Of a stretch of DNA of 64,000 nucleotides, positions 40,713 through 50,634 are shown piece by piece. The notes beneath the pieces are model-generated. The model was not told the origin of the DNA and did no database searches. It saw only the letters and a list, made by a program, of their open reading frames with translations. Position numbers and translations under genes: made by a program. Positions within the stretch are counted from its first letter, which is position 1, and every line of letters starts with the position of its first letter. Source of the stretch: an uncultured delta proteobacterium (lineage in GTDB: Bacteria; Desulfobacterota; Desulfobacteria; Desulfobacterales; B30-G6); the NCBI GenBank assembly GCA_963823335.1, contig CAWGLD010000001.1:1760001-1824000 (forward strand). The letters are read 5' to 3'.

Positions 40713-42635
40713 TCAGCTAACAGAGGATCCGGGAACTGTGTTTCGGTCCAGGATAACCAAGCTGTCTCCTGGATCAGTATCGGCCGCCAGCAGCATACCC
40801 TGGGAGGTGATGCCCATGAGCTTGGCCGGTTTGAGATTGGCCACCACCACCACCTGCATACCGACCATGTCCTCAGGACGATAGCTTTCTGAGATGCCGG
40901 AAACAATCGTCCTGCGTTCTCCCATATCGATTTCGATCTTGAGCAGTTTTTTCGACTTGGGGACGGTTTCGGCATGGACGATGGTGGCAACCCGCAGATC
41001 CAGCTTGTTGAAATCGTCATATGTAATCAGAGGCTTGATGTCGGGTTGAGGCGGCGGGGCCTCAGATTTTACGTAAGGGACTGCGGGCTCTGGTGTTGCT
41101 TCTATGCGTGGAAACAGGGGTTCGAATGTCGGAAGATCCGATCCCGGTAGGGTTTCACCCCAGCGCCTGAGCCTTTCAATTACGTAAAACCTAGATTCTG
41201 GATCCAGTCCCAGCTGCCGCTGCATTTTCCGGGCGGTATCCGGCATGACGGGGTATATCAACCCGGAAACAATTCTGAGTCCCTCCAGGAGGTTGTAGAT
41301 AACGGTCTTTAATTCAGCCTGATGCTTGTTGCTCTTGGCCAGATTCCAGGGGGCGGCGGTATCGATGGTCTTGTTCATCAGGCTGATGAACTCCCATATG
41401 GCCAGAATGCCTTTATGAAAGGCAAAGGCCTGCATCTGTTCGTCAAATTCGGTTACGGCGGCCCGGGCGGCAGTTTTCAGTTCCATCCAGCCGGTGTCGA
41501 CCAGACCGGTGTCGGGTTCAGGGATAACACTTCTGAAATATTTTCGGGCCATGGAGAGGATACGGCTGACGAGATTTCCCAGATCGTTGGCAAGGTCTGA
41601 ATTGATGCGCTGTACAAGGGCTTCCTCGTTGAAGTTCGCGTCGAGTCCAAAGACCATGTCACGCATGAGGAAGAACCTAAAGGCATCCAGGCCGTAAACA
41701 TTTTTCAACTGCAAAGGCTCGACCACATTGCCGAGACTTTTGGACATCTTGCTCTGATCGATGTTCCAGTAGCCATGGACGTTCAGGTGTTTATAGATGG
41801 GTATTCCGGCCGCTTTTAGCATAATGGGCCAGTAGATTCCGTGGGGCTTGAGGATGTCCTTGGCGACAATATGCTGGGCGACGGGCCAGAAGGTCTCGTA
41901 CAACTTACCTTCCGGATACCCGAGACCGGATATATAATTGAGCAGGGCATCGAACCAGACATAGGTGACATAATCTTTATCAAAGGGCAGGGTGATACCC
42001 CAGGAGATCCTGGATTTTGGTCTGGATATACAAAGATCTTCCAAAGGTTCCTTGAGAAAGGCCAGAACCTCGTTGCGGTAGCGTTCCGGGCGGATAAAAT
42101 CGGTATGCTTTTGAATATGTTCGATCAGCCAGTCCTGGTAGCGACTCATCTTGAAAAAATAATTCGATTCCTTGATGATCGTGGGTTCGACCTCATGATC
42201 CGGGCACTTGCCGTCCACGAGTTCGCGTTCCGTGTAGAAGCGCTCGCAGCCGAAACAGTAGAGGCCTTTATATTCCGAAAAATAGATGTCCCCGGAAGCG
42301 TGTATCCTGCTGAGCACCTGTTGCACAACAGCCATATGGGAAGGGTCCGTTGTACGAATAAAGTGGTCATTGCTGATATTGAGTTCCGGCCAGAGATCCC
42401 TGAACATGGCGCTGATCTTGTCAACGTATTGTTTGGGGTTGAGACCTTCTTTTTCGGCGGCCTGAAAGATCTTGTCTCCGTGTTCATCGGTTCCCGTCAG
42501 GAAAAAGGTTTCGGCCTGTCGCATGGTATGGAAGCGTGTGGCGACATCGGCGATGATCGTGGTATACGCATGCCCCAGATGCGGCCTTGCGTTGACATAA
42601 TAGATAGGTGTTGTGATGTAGAAAGGGGTGGTCAT
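40713..42635 (-). CDS. metG: methionine--tRNA ligase
   Basis: YITTPIYY, HLGH, KMSKS, C-terminal OB domain. Confidence 0.98.
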   Translation of the reverse strand: MTTPFYITTPIYYVNARPHLGHAYTTIIADVATRFHTMRQAETFFLTGTDEHGDKIFQAAEKEGLNPKQYVDKISAMFRDLWPELNISNDHFIRTTDPSHMAVVQQVLSRIHASGDIYFSEYKGLYCFGCERFYTERELVDGKCPDHEVEPTIIKESNYFFKMSRYQDWLIEHIQKHTDFIRPERYRNEVLAFLKEPLEDLCISRPKSRISWGITLPFDKDYVTYVWFDALLNYISGLGYPEGKLYETFWPVAQHIVAKDILKPHGIYWPIMLKAAGIPIYKHLNVHGYWNIDQSKMSKSLGNVVEPLQLKNVYGLDAFRFFLMRDMVFGLDANFNEEALVQRINSDLANDLGNLVSRILSMARKYFRSVIPEPDTGLVDTGWMELKTAARAAVTEFDEQMQAFAFHKGILAIWEFISLMNKTIDTAAPWNLAKSNKHQAELKTVIYNLLEGLRIVSGLIYPVMPDTARKMQRQLGLDPESRFYVIERLRRWGETLPGSDLPTFEPLFPRIEATPEPAVPYVKSEAPPPQPDIKPLITYDDFNKLDLRVATIVHAETVPKSKKLLKIEIDMGERRTIVSGISESYRPEDMVGMQVVVVANLKPAKLMGITSQGMLLAADTDPGDSLVILDRNTVPGSSVS

Positions 42636-42653
42636 GGATACTCCTGCTTATCT

Positions 42654-42820
42654 ATTGAAGAACCTCGCAGCAAGCTACGAGGAATGTTCTGCCTTACGGC
42701 AGTGCTTCGCAGCGACCGTAAGGAATTCTGTCTAATTTAGATTCGCTCGCCAACCCCGCAGCATGCGTAGCACTGCCGAACGGCAGAACCTACGGGGAAT
42801 GCGCTCGCTTTTTCGGTTCA
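42654..42820 (-). repeat. GTAGCTTGCTGCG-family element with inserted arm
   Basis: Reverse complement of the 4965 and 54470 copies. Confidence 0.85.
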
Positions 42821-42886
42821 GTATTTAGAAGATTGTTTAGCTGTAAGCAATAAGCTCTAAGCTGTTAACCGCTTATGGCTTACCGC

Positions 42887-43681
42887 TTAATTCTCGATTT
42901 CGTCGACGCCAACTTCCATTTCAGATCCATCCTCCAGACGAATGCCGATGCGCCCGCCGATGATATTGTGTCGGATCACCTTGCCGGTTTTGTCGCTGGT
43001 CTGGATAATCTTGCCCACCTTTGGAAAACTGGATTTCAATTGTTGGTAGGTCTTGTTTTCATAGGTCAGACAGCACATCAGTCGACCGCATTGGCCGGAA
43101 ATCTTGGTTGGATTCAACGACAGACCTTGCTGCTTGGCCATTTTTATGGAAACAGGCTCAAATTTTTCGATGAATGCGGAGCAGCATATTTCACGACCGC
43201 AGCGACCGATACCCCCACACATCTTTGCCTGGTTGCGGATACCGACCTGGCGCATCTCAATTCTGGTCCGGAACTCTTTTACGAGGCGTTTCACCAGTTT
43301 GCGAAAATCTACACGGCCGTCTGCCGTAAAAAAAAACGTGAGACGGCTTGCGTCGAAAGTACTTTCAACGGAGAAAAGATTCATCTTGAGTTTGTCTTCT
43401 CTGATACAATCCACGCAGAAGGTATATGCATTCTGCTCAAGGCTCAGATTGGTGTTTTTCTGCAGATGATCTTTTTCATTGGCGATTCGATAGACCTTTT
43501 TCAACGGTCGGCCTGCCCCCGGTGACTCCTGCGGAACCGGGGATACGGCAACAAAACCGAAACCGAGTCCCTTTTCTGTTTCAACGATCACTTCATCACC
43601 TTCGTTCAAGACAAAGGCTCCACAGTCAAAATGATATATTTTTCCAGCCGATTTAAATCGGATGCCTACGACTTTTTTCAT
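42887..43681 (-). CDS. PSP1/YaaT (RicT)-family protein
   Basis: GRVDFR, CGREICC, KISGQCGRLMCCL. Confidence 0.92.
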   Translation of the reverse strand: MKKVVGIRFKSAGKIYHFDCGAFVLNEGDEVIVETEKGLGFGFVAVSPVPQESPGAGRPLKKVYRIANEKDHLQKNTNLSLEQNAYTFCVDCIREDKLKMNLFSVESTFDASRLTFFFTADGRVDFRKLVKRLVKEFRTRIEMRQVGIRNQAKMCGGIGRCGREICCSAFIEKFEPVSIKMAKQQGLSLNPTKISGQCGRLMCCLTYENKTYQQLKSSFPKVGKIIQTSDKTGKVIRHNIIGGRIGIRLEDGSEMEVGVDEIEN

Positions 43682-44729
43682 GGTCGAACTCCGTGAGTTT
43701 CATCATCATGACATCGAGTGTCAATCTTGGATTTGCATTGCCGTTAATTTTTTCCTGCGCTGATTGAACGGCGTCATAAGCCCAGAGAAGATTCTGCATG
43801 GCGGTCCCTTCCGAAAACCGTTTCAACAGGGGGGATAAATCCTTGTTGACCACCAAATCGGGTGACAGCTGATAGACCATCAGATCCCTGAACCATATTT
43901 TGAGAATTTCCAGTGCATCTACAACGCGCTCTTTGTCTTGAGCCAGTTTTTCGGAAAAGGCCAGCAGGATTGCCACGCGATCCAGCGGCGATTGACTGGA
44001 CGGCTCCTTTCCAACCATTCCCAGGATCCACGCTCTGCGCTCTATCCAACCGGAGTCTACAAGCGAGAACGCTCCCGTGAGGCTGCCATTTGCCAGTGTT
44101 GCCAACAAGTCCGCTTCCCGGGCAGACATTCCCTTTTTTGTCACAAGAGCTTCCTTGATGGTGTCATGTGAAATCGGGTTGAATCGAATGTGCTGGCACC
44201 GCGAAGCGATCGTGGGAAGAAGATCATGCAGATGATAGGCGGTAAGGACCAGGACCGTTCTGTCCGGTGGTTCTTCGAGTACTTTGAGCAGGGCATTGCC
44301 GGCTTCCGGATTCAAGGTGTGTGCATCGGATATGATCACGACCCGGTATCTGGCCTCATAGGGTTTCAAGGTCAGCATACGGCAGAGATCACGAATTTGC
44401 CCTATCCGGATATGGGCCTTGTCCGGCTGTATTGAGATAACATCAGGGTGGTTCCCGGAGATGATTTTTCTGCACGACTTACAGCCACCACATGGTGATG
44501 ATGATCTACCTTCCCTTTCGTGATCAATTTCCTTGTCTGAAACCTGCTGGCCCGGGACGATAGCTGCCAGGCAGTTACAGGCCATGGCAAATGTGTTTGC
44601 AGCTTCTCTTTTCCCGACGCCCTCGATACCTGTAAAAAGCAGTGCGTGGGGAATTTTCCCTTTCTGAACAATATACGATAAAAGGCGGCCAGGTTTTTCC
44701 TGCTCGACTATGGATTCGAATCCGGGCAC
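43653..44729 (-). CDS. holB: DNA polymerase III delta' subunit
   Basis: HALLFTG..GVGK, CGGCKSC, HPDV, NALLKVLEEPP, TIASRC. Confidence 0.93.
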   Translation of the reverse strand: MPGFESIVEQEKPGRLLSYIVQKGKIPHALLFTGIEGVGKREAANTFAMACNCLAAIVPGQQVSDKEIDHEREGRSSSPCGGCKSCRKIISGNHPDVISIQPDKAHIRIGQIRDLCRMLTLKPYEARYRVVIISDAHTLNPEAGNALLKVLEEPPDRTVLVLTAYHLHDLLPTIASRCQHIRFNPISHDTIKEALVTKKGMSAREADLLATLANGSLTGAFSLVDSGWIERRAWILGMVGKEPSSQSPLDRVAILLAFSEKLAQDKERVVDALEILKIWFRDLMVYQLSPDLVVNKDLSPLLKRFSEGTAMQNLLWAYDAVQSAQEKINGNANPRLTLDVMMMKLTEFDHEKSRRHPI

Positions 44730-44733
44730 AAAT

Positions 44734-45009
44734 CTAATAATCTACCCGCTCTTTGAGCTCTTTACCGGATTTGAAAAAAGGGAGCTTCTTGGGGTTGATT
44801 AACACCTTTTCGCCGGTCTTGGGATTTCTGCCCATATAGCTTGTGTAGTTTTTTACGTAGAAACTGCACAAGCCTCGAATTTCCACCCGTTCTCCACGAG
44901 CCAAAGCCTCAGCCATATGATCAAAAAACAGCTGAACAACTTTTGCGGCTTCAGATTTGGATATATTCGCCTCTTTCTTCAAAGCGGAGATCAGTTCTAA
45001 TTTGTTCAT
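44734..45009 (-). CDS. integration host factor beta-like protein
   Basis: GERVEIRG, GRNPKTGE, PFFKSGKELKERVD. Confidence 0.9.
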   Translation of the reverse strand: MNKLELISALKKEANISKSEAAKVVQLFFDHMAEALARGERVEIRGLCSFYVKNYTSYMGRNPKTGEKVLINPKKLPFFKSGKELKERVDY

Positions 45010-45089
45010 ACACCCTCCTTCCCACATTCCCATATCATTACGATATATTGTAGAGAGTTTTAATGATGAATTGATAAAAAGTCAAGTAC

Positions 45090-45617
45090 TTATGCCAATA
45101 TTTTAGACAGCGGCTCTATGTCGTCCTCGTTGACATCCACACTGGCGGCCTGTCCAAGGGCATCCACATTGATGGTGACCCGGCCTTTTCCTCGATAGTT
45201 AGAAAAGCTACCCATGACACCGGTGAAAGGACCTTTGACCACCATGACCCTGTTCCCCCTTGTGAGGCGTTTTCCGGTGATGATGTGGCTATCGCTCTCG
45301 ACCATGATTTTCAGTGAGGCAATGGTTTCGTCCGGAACCGATACCGGGCCGCTCTTGGTGCCCACAAGACGGACGGTTCCGATTGTTTTGACAATGCTCA
45401 GGTGCTCGTGGACACTCAAATCCGTTTTGACAAAAAGGTACCCTGGAAAAACAGGCACCCGGATCATCTGTTTTCTGTCCCGACGTTTACTGGGAATCAG
45501 GACCTTGGGCAGGAACACCTCGAACGATTTTTTTAGCAGCCCATCAGATACCACGTTTTCGAACCGGCTGCGAGTGTGGATAACGTACCATTCTAGTTTC
45601 AATATGTCTTGATTCAT
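45090..45617 (-). CDS. NusG-paralog (UpxY/LoaP-like) antiterminator
   Basis: WYVIHTRSRFE, PVFPGYLFV, KOW motif VVKGPFTG. Confidence 0.88.
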   Translation of the reverse strand: MNQDILKLEWYVIHTRSRFENVVSDGLLKKSFEVFLPKVLIPSKRRDRKQMIRVPVFPGYLFVKTDLSVHEHLSIVKTIGTVRLVGTKSGPVSVPDETIASLKIMVESDSHIITGKRLTRGNRVMVVKGPFTGVMGSFSNYRGKGRVTINVDALGQAASVDVNEDDIEPLSKILA

Positions 45618-45665
45618 GTTTTTAACCTTTGATTGATAAAACAATAAGCTGTAAGCGGCTTACAG

Positions 45666-48101
45666 CTAATTAAAATCACTTTCAATTTCCCCCAGACCGC
45701 GAAAGCCGATCATGAAGTCATATCTGTCGTCTCCCTCTTCCCGGGTGTATGTCAGCTGAAAAGACCAGCACTGGGCCTTGTAGAGGGCTCCGATACTTGT
45801 GAGGAGGTGATTGTCTTGGTTCAGATCTTTTTCATACTCGGCGGTGGCTGATAAGGAATCTGTCATAGCGATCGACAGCTTGGCATAGGCAGATTTCAGA
45901 CCTACCTGGCCGATATCGGGCATATCCTGCCGATATCGGTATTCAAGGGCCAGCCGATCACCTCGACGGTCCCACAAGGAAGTAGAAAAATTACGGGATA
46001 TCAAGTCGTTCTCGTATGTCGACCACTCGGCATCCGCCTCTAAGCTGATGTAGTTTCCCGGGGTCAGCTCCAGGCGGCCGTACACCGGTGAAAAAGACTT
46101 GCGGGTTTGTTTGTTGTCTTCCCCGCTCGAAAGGTCGTCTTCACCAACCGGGCTGAAATTGTAACTCTGCTCGAGATAGAGACGCAGGAATCGCTGATAA
46201 TGGAATTCCGGGTCAATGCTCTGCTCCTCTGTAGAGTTGTTTTTCCTGAGCCTGGACCGGAAGGTGAGCAGATTTGTCAAGGAATAGGTCAGGCGGTTCT
46301 GTTTCCCGATTCTATCCTTGGCATCAAAATCGGGATAGGCCGACTGGTCTTCTTCCGGAATATAGGTGTAGACGATCCTGGGATTGAAGGTGTGACGATA
46401 GCGATCGATTTTATCACTATCGGTGTGCAAGATATTATAGGCCTCCGTGGACAGATCGAGCTGGTAATCCATGAGTTCCCTGTGAAAGGTTTTGTCGTTG
46501 TCCGGGTCCTTTAGGGAGTCTTCATGATCCACCACCTGCCAATAGGTTCCCCGAAACCCCATGGAGGGTTCCAATGTAAAATAGGTTTTCCAACGCAAGG
46601 GCAGGTAGATCCTGGGGTAGACATCAAAGCGATGATCCCGGGTGACACCATTGGTGGTATCGGTGTCTTCCCGGTAAAAGTAAGTATATTCATTTGACAT
46701 GGATCCGTAGAACAGAGACGACCCTAACTGTTGTTTGGATGCGTTGAGCTGGATGAACGGCAGTCGCTGTACCGTGGTGTCCCGGTCGTCCTGCTGTCTG
46801 CTGATGACGTTGTCATACCATCTGAATTCAGCATCGAGACTGAAGCTGGACCAGTTACGGTTGATGTTCAAACGGTTGAGTCGAATGGGGTCGTTGTAAT
46901 CATCGATCTCCCTGTTAAATTTACGATTGTAGTAATCTTTTGTATCGTCGTAACCCGTGTAGCCGCTCTGGAATTCCTTGAGGTAATCCTGATCGCTGAC
47001 AATGTCCAGGTCGGCCATGGCCGAAAAACGCCAGGGCAGTGCTTGGTCATGCTTCATTCGAAACCAGTAACGATTCCGGTTGGTGCGCAAGACATCCTCA
47101 TCCGGCTTGTCGTCATAGCCCCAGTCATGATTACCGTCCGTGTTGTCATCCACCTTTTCGTCCTCAAGGTAATCCATCATCAGCGACCCCTTGGTGAGGG
47201 GGCTCATGACATAACGAAATTCAGCACCCAGTTTATTGCCGCGACGGTCCATGTAGTGATCGTAAACGGTGGCATCCATGCTGTCGTTGATGGCCCAGAA
47301 AAGAGGCTGATTGTATTCAAGTCCTTTTCGGGAAGAGCTTCCGAATTGTGGTGGCAGGAAACCGGTCTGTCGTTTCGATTTTACCGGAAACGCGATAAAG
47401 GGCGTGTAGAATACCGGGATATCCTTGATCCAGAATACAGCGTGATTGGCATATCCGTAGCCTTCGATGGTAACATTCAGGTTCCTGCCGGTTATTTTCC
47501 AGGCCGGTTTTTCCCCATCACACGTGGTTAGCCTGGCCTCGTCGACAAAATAGGAATCCTTGCCGGTTTTGACAATCTCGTTGCCATGTATGTGGAAGTT
47601 TTCCTGGCGCAGGAAAACAGAACCGTTATGCAGAATTCCTTTTTCTGATTCGAGATCGATTTGAAGGCTGTCTGCTGTGATCATGTCCCGGCCTACGGAC
47701 ATGATTACGTGCCCCGTGGCCAGCACCTCCATTTTTTTGTGGTCGAAATGGACCCTATCGGCGGAAATTTGTTTGTCCATCTTTGAGATGACGACATCCC
47801 CGGTGGCGATGTAAACCTGATCGGTTTCATCGAAGCTGAGCTCATCGGCGGTGATATGCCAGGGAAAAGGTTCTTCCCCCGGAACCTTGCCAAGGTCTTG
47901 ACCCCAGACGGTTCCACAAAGCAGCAACAGGAGGCAGAGAACATAACCACTACGGCTAAAAGCGCCACGGACACGAGACATGAGCGCATATGTGTTGCGC
48001 CATCTGTGTTGAGCCTTTCGACGATTGAGATGCTGCATGAGCTTTTGCATGAGGGTTCTTTTCAGGGAAACAAACCTGTTGCATCTGTCAAAATTAATCA
48101 A
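45666..48101 (-). CDS. lptD: LPS assembly protein LptD (start uncertain)
   Basis: ITADEL, TTCD...PAW, RQTGFL.P, beta-barrel, QCWS. Confidence 0.9.
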   Translation of the reverse strand: MINFDRCNRFVSLKRTLMQKLMQHLNRRKAQHRWRNTYALMSRVRGAFSRSGYVLCLLLLLCGTVWGQDLGKVPGEEPFPWHITADELSFDETDQVYIATGDVVISKMDKQISADRVHFDHKKMEVLATGHVIMSVGRDMITADSLQIDLESEKGILHNGSVFLRQENFHIHGNEIVKTGKDSYFVDEARLTTCDGEKPAWKITGRNLNVTIEGYGYANHAVFWIKDIPVFYTPFIAFPVKSKRQTGFLPPQFGSSSRKGLEYNQPLFWAINDSMDATVYDHYMDRRGNKLGAEFRYVMSPLTKGSLMMDYLEDEKVDDNTDGNHDWGYDDKPDEDVLRTNRNRYWFRMKHDQALPWRFSAMADLDIVSDQDYLKEFQSGYTGYDDTKDYYNRKFNREIDDYNDPIRLNRLNINRNWSSFSLDAEFRWYDNVISRQQDDRDTTVQRLPFIQLNASKQQLGSSLFYGSMSNEYTYFYREDTDTTNGVTRDHRFDVYPRIYLPLRWKTYFTLEPSMGFRGTYWQVVDHEDSLKDPDNDKTFHRELMDYQLDLSTEAYNILHTDSDKIDRYRHTFNPRIVYTYIPEEDQSAYPDFDAKDRIGKQNRLTYSLTNLLTFRSRLRKNNSTEEQSIDPEFHYQRFLRLYLEQSYNFSPVGEDDLSSGEDNKQTRKSFSPVYGRLELTPGNYISLEADAEWSTYENDLISRNFSTSLWDRRGDRLALEYRYRQDMPDIGQVGLKSAYAKLSIAMTDSLSATAEYEKDLNQDNHLLTSIGALYKAQCWSFQLTYTREEGDDRYDFMIGFRGLGEIESDFN

Positions 48102-48180
48102 TATAAAGCCAACGTATTGAAAAAATCAAGAATAAGATCGATGCGAAGTCCTTTTCAAATCCATGCAATTGATGTATGAA

Positions 48181-48253
48181 GGCAGAACATTCCCCGCAGT
48201 TTGCTGCGGGGAATGTTCTGCCGTGCGGCTGTGCTTCGCAGTGACCGTAAAGA
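48181..48253. repeat. partial REP-like palindrome of the same family
   Basis: GGCAGAACATTCCCCGCAG-TTTG-CTGCGGGGAATGTTCTGCC. Confidence 0.7.
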
Positions 48254-48275
48254 ACCCTGAGACAAATAGGGACAG

Positions 48276-49037
48276 ATGAGAATTTTATTGTCGAATGATG
48301 ACGGGATCTATGCCGAGGGACTCAGGGCGCTTCACCGGCGCTTTTCAGAAACCTGCTCTACAATCGTGGTGGCGCCCGACCGGGAGTGCAGCGCCATCAG
48401 TCACGCCATTACCCTCGAAATGCCCATCAGGAGCCGCAACATATCCCTGAAGAATGGTGACAGGGCCTATGCCGTGAGTGGAACACCGGCGGACTGCATC
48501 AAACTGGCCATGATCGAACTTCTGGAAGAGCGGCCGGATTTGATGATTTCGGGCATCAATCCAGGAGCAAACACCGGTATCCATATCAACTATTCAGGAA
48601 CGTTCGCGGCAGCCAGGGAGGCCGCCTTTTATGGTATACCGGCCTTGGCTGTTTCCATCATGGGCAAAACCCCGGGCTATTATGACCAGGCAGCTGAATT
48701 TGTCGAGAACCTGGTTAAAAAGGTAATGATGCATGGATTGCCAGAGGGCACGCTTCTGAATGTCAATATTCCCGATCTTCCCCTGGAACGTATCCGGGGC
48801 GTCCGGATCAGCAATCAAAATCTCGAGCCGTTTCGTGAAAAGATAGAAAAGCGATTAGACCCCAGAGAGCGGCCCTATTACTGGCATGGTGTCGCAGATC
48901 AGGGATCTGTTGGAGATTCGGGCTCCGATGTAGCGACCATCGTGAAAGACTATATATCCATTACCCCCATTAAATGTGATATGACTGATTATATATCAAT
49001 TCAGAATCTTAAGTCTTGGAGTGTTCACGTCCGATGA
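48276..49037 (+). CDS. surE: 5'/3'-nucleotidase SurE
   Basis: MRILLSNDDG, GTPADC, SGIN.G.N, YSGT. Confidence 0.96.
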   Translation: MRILLSNDDGIYAEGLRALHRRFSETCSTIVVAPDRECSAISHAITLEMPIRSRNISLKNGDRAYAVSGTPADCIKLAMIELLEERPDLMISGINPGANTGIHINYSGTFAAAREAAFYGIPALAVSIMGKTPGYYDQAAEFVENLVKKVMMHGLPEGTLLNVNIPDLPLERIRGVRISNQNLEPFREKIEKRLDPRERPYYWHGVADQGSVGDSGSDVATIVKDYISITPIKCDMTDYISIQNLKSWSVHVR

Positions 49038-49987
49038 AAAAGAGATTCATCAACCAGATCCATGCCGGTGATGTTCTGGCAGATTGTTTTGTCCTGGCCG
49101 AAAAAACCATGGCCCAGAAAAAGGATGGTAACAATTACCTCAACCTGGTTCTGTCCGATCGGACCGGAAATATCAAGGGGGTGGTCTGGGACAATGCCGA
49201 GAAACTTTCTTCCCAAGTGGAGACGGGAGCGGTCGTAGCGGTCAAGGGGCACGTGGGCGAATACCGGAACAATCTTCAGGTCGTGGTCAAAGAGATGACA
49301 GGGGTTTCCTTGGAAGAAACAGATCCCGCCGATTTTATGCTTTCAACAGCACGTGATGTGGATCAGATGTTTGAACGGATTGTGGCCTTGTCGGAATCCC
49401 TGGGCGCATGGTATTTAAAGGCGCTTTTTAGTGCTTTTTGGGAGGACGAATCATTCACGGCACAATTCAAAAGGGCGCCTGCAGCCAAGAAAATGCACCA
49501 TGCCTATATCGGGGGACTCCTGGAACACACGCTTTCCATGGCGGTTCTGGCCGACAAAATCGCTGAACACTACAATGGCCTGGACCGGGATCTTCTCGTT
49601 GCGGGTGCCCTTCTTCACGATATCGGTAAAATCCGTGAGTTCAGCTATGATATGGGTATCGATTATTCCGATGAAGGCAGGATGGTGAGCCATATTGTTA
49701 TCGGTCTCCAGCTGATCGAGGACAAAATACGAACCATCGAATCCTTTCCCGAGGAATCGGCCTTGTTGTTGAAGCACATGGTGGTCAGTCACCATGGCAG
49801 CAAGGAACTTGGGTCACCGGAGCCACCCAAAACCATCGAGGCGGTGATGCTGAACTGCATCGACGAAATGGACTCCCGGATCCAGGCGGTTCGGGAATTT
49901 ATGGGAAAAGAAGATTCCAATGAAACCTGGACATCGTTTCACCGACTCCTGGGAAGGCATTTTTACCGAGGGAAACCAACAGGATAA
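49034..49987 (+). CDS. YhaM/Cbf1-family 3'-5' exoribonuclease (OB + HD)
   Basis: PAAKKMHHAY.GGLLEH, HDIGK, SHHG. Confidence 0.9.
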   Translation: MKKRFINQIHAGDVLADCFVLAEKTMAQKKDGNNYLNLVLSDRTGNIKGVVWDNAEKLSSQVETGAVVAVKGHVGEYRNNLQVVVKEMTGVSLEETDPADFMLSTARDVDQMFERIVALSESLGAWYLKALFSAFWEDESFTAQFKRAPAAKKMHHAYIGGLLEHTLSMAVLADKIAEHYNGLDRDLLVAGALLHDIGKIREFSYDMGIDYSDEGRMVSHIVIGLQLIEDKIRTIESFPEESALLLKHMVVSHHGSKELGSPEPPKTIEAVMLNCIDEMDSRIQAVREFMGKEDSNETWTSFHRLLGRHFYRGKPTG

Positions 49988-50634
49988 TGTTTATTTCATT
50001 TGAAGGCATCGAAGGTTCCGGCAAGACAACCCAGATTCAAGGTGTATATGACCATCTTTGTCAAAAAGGCCATGATGTCATCGTGACAAGAGAACCTGGC
50101 GGCTCGAATATCGGTCGACAGATACGTTCGATACTCCTGGATTCAAAAAACAAGAGATTGAATCCCTTGTCGGAACTTCTTCTCTATATGGCCGATCGGG
50201 CGCAGCACTTGGACGAAATTGTCAGACCGGGCCTGTCTTCAGGAAAAGTCATTCTCTGTGACCGCTATTATGATGCAACCATCGCCTATCAGGGGTATGC
50301 CAGAGGGTTGGACATTGACCTGATAACCCAACTTCATGGTCTTGCCTTTGCAGATTATAAACCCGATCTGACGTTTCTGCTGGATCTTGCCCCGGAAACA
50401 GGGCTTGGGCGTGCTTGGCGACAGATCGAAAACGGACAGAGAACCGGAACGGAAACCCGCTTCGAGGAGGAAGCCCTGAGCTTCCATGGACGGGTTCGTG
50501 AAGGCTATCTCGCACTGGCCCGGCTCGAACCTCAGCGCTTTAAAATCATCGATGCTTCCGAACCGCAGGAACGTGTGGAAAAGGAGATACTGGGCGTGCT
50601 GGACAGCGCTATCCGCAACCCAATAGAGACATGA
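49987..50634 (+). CDS. tmk: thymidylate kinase
   Basis: FEGIEGSGKTT, TREPGG, DRY, AYQG. Confidence 0.97.
   Translation: MFISFEGIEGSGKTTQIQGVYDHLCQKGHDVIVTREPGGSNIGRQIRSILLDSKNKRLNPLSELLLYMADRAQHLDEIVRPGLSSGKVILCDRYYDATIAYQGYARGLDIDLITQLHGLAFADYKPDLTFLLDLAPETGLGRAWRQIENGQRTGTETRFEEEALSFHGRVREGYLALARLEPQRFKIIDASEPQERVEKEILGVLDSAIRNPIET

Noticed and set aside
42838-42889. TAAGCTG-like heptamer runs (also about 19630-19686 and 45642-45668)
   Set aside because: Short low-complexity intergenic palindromes; no further structure.
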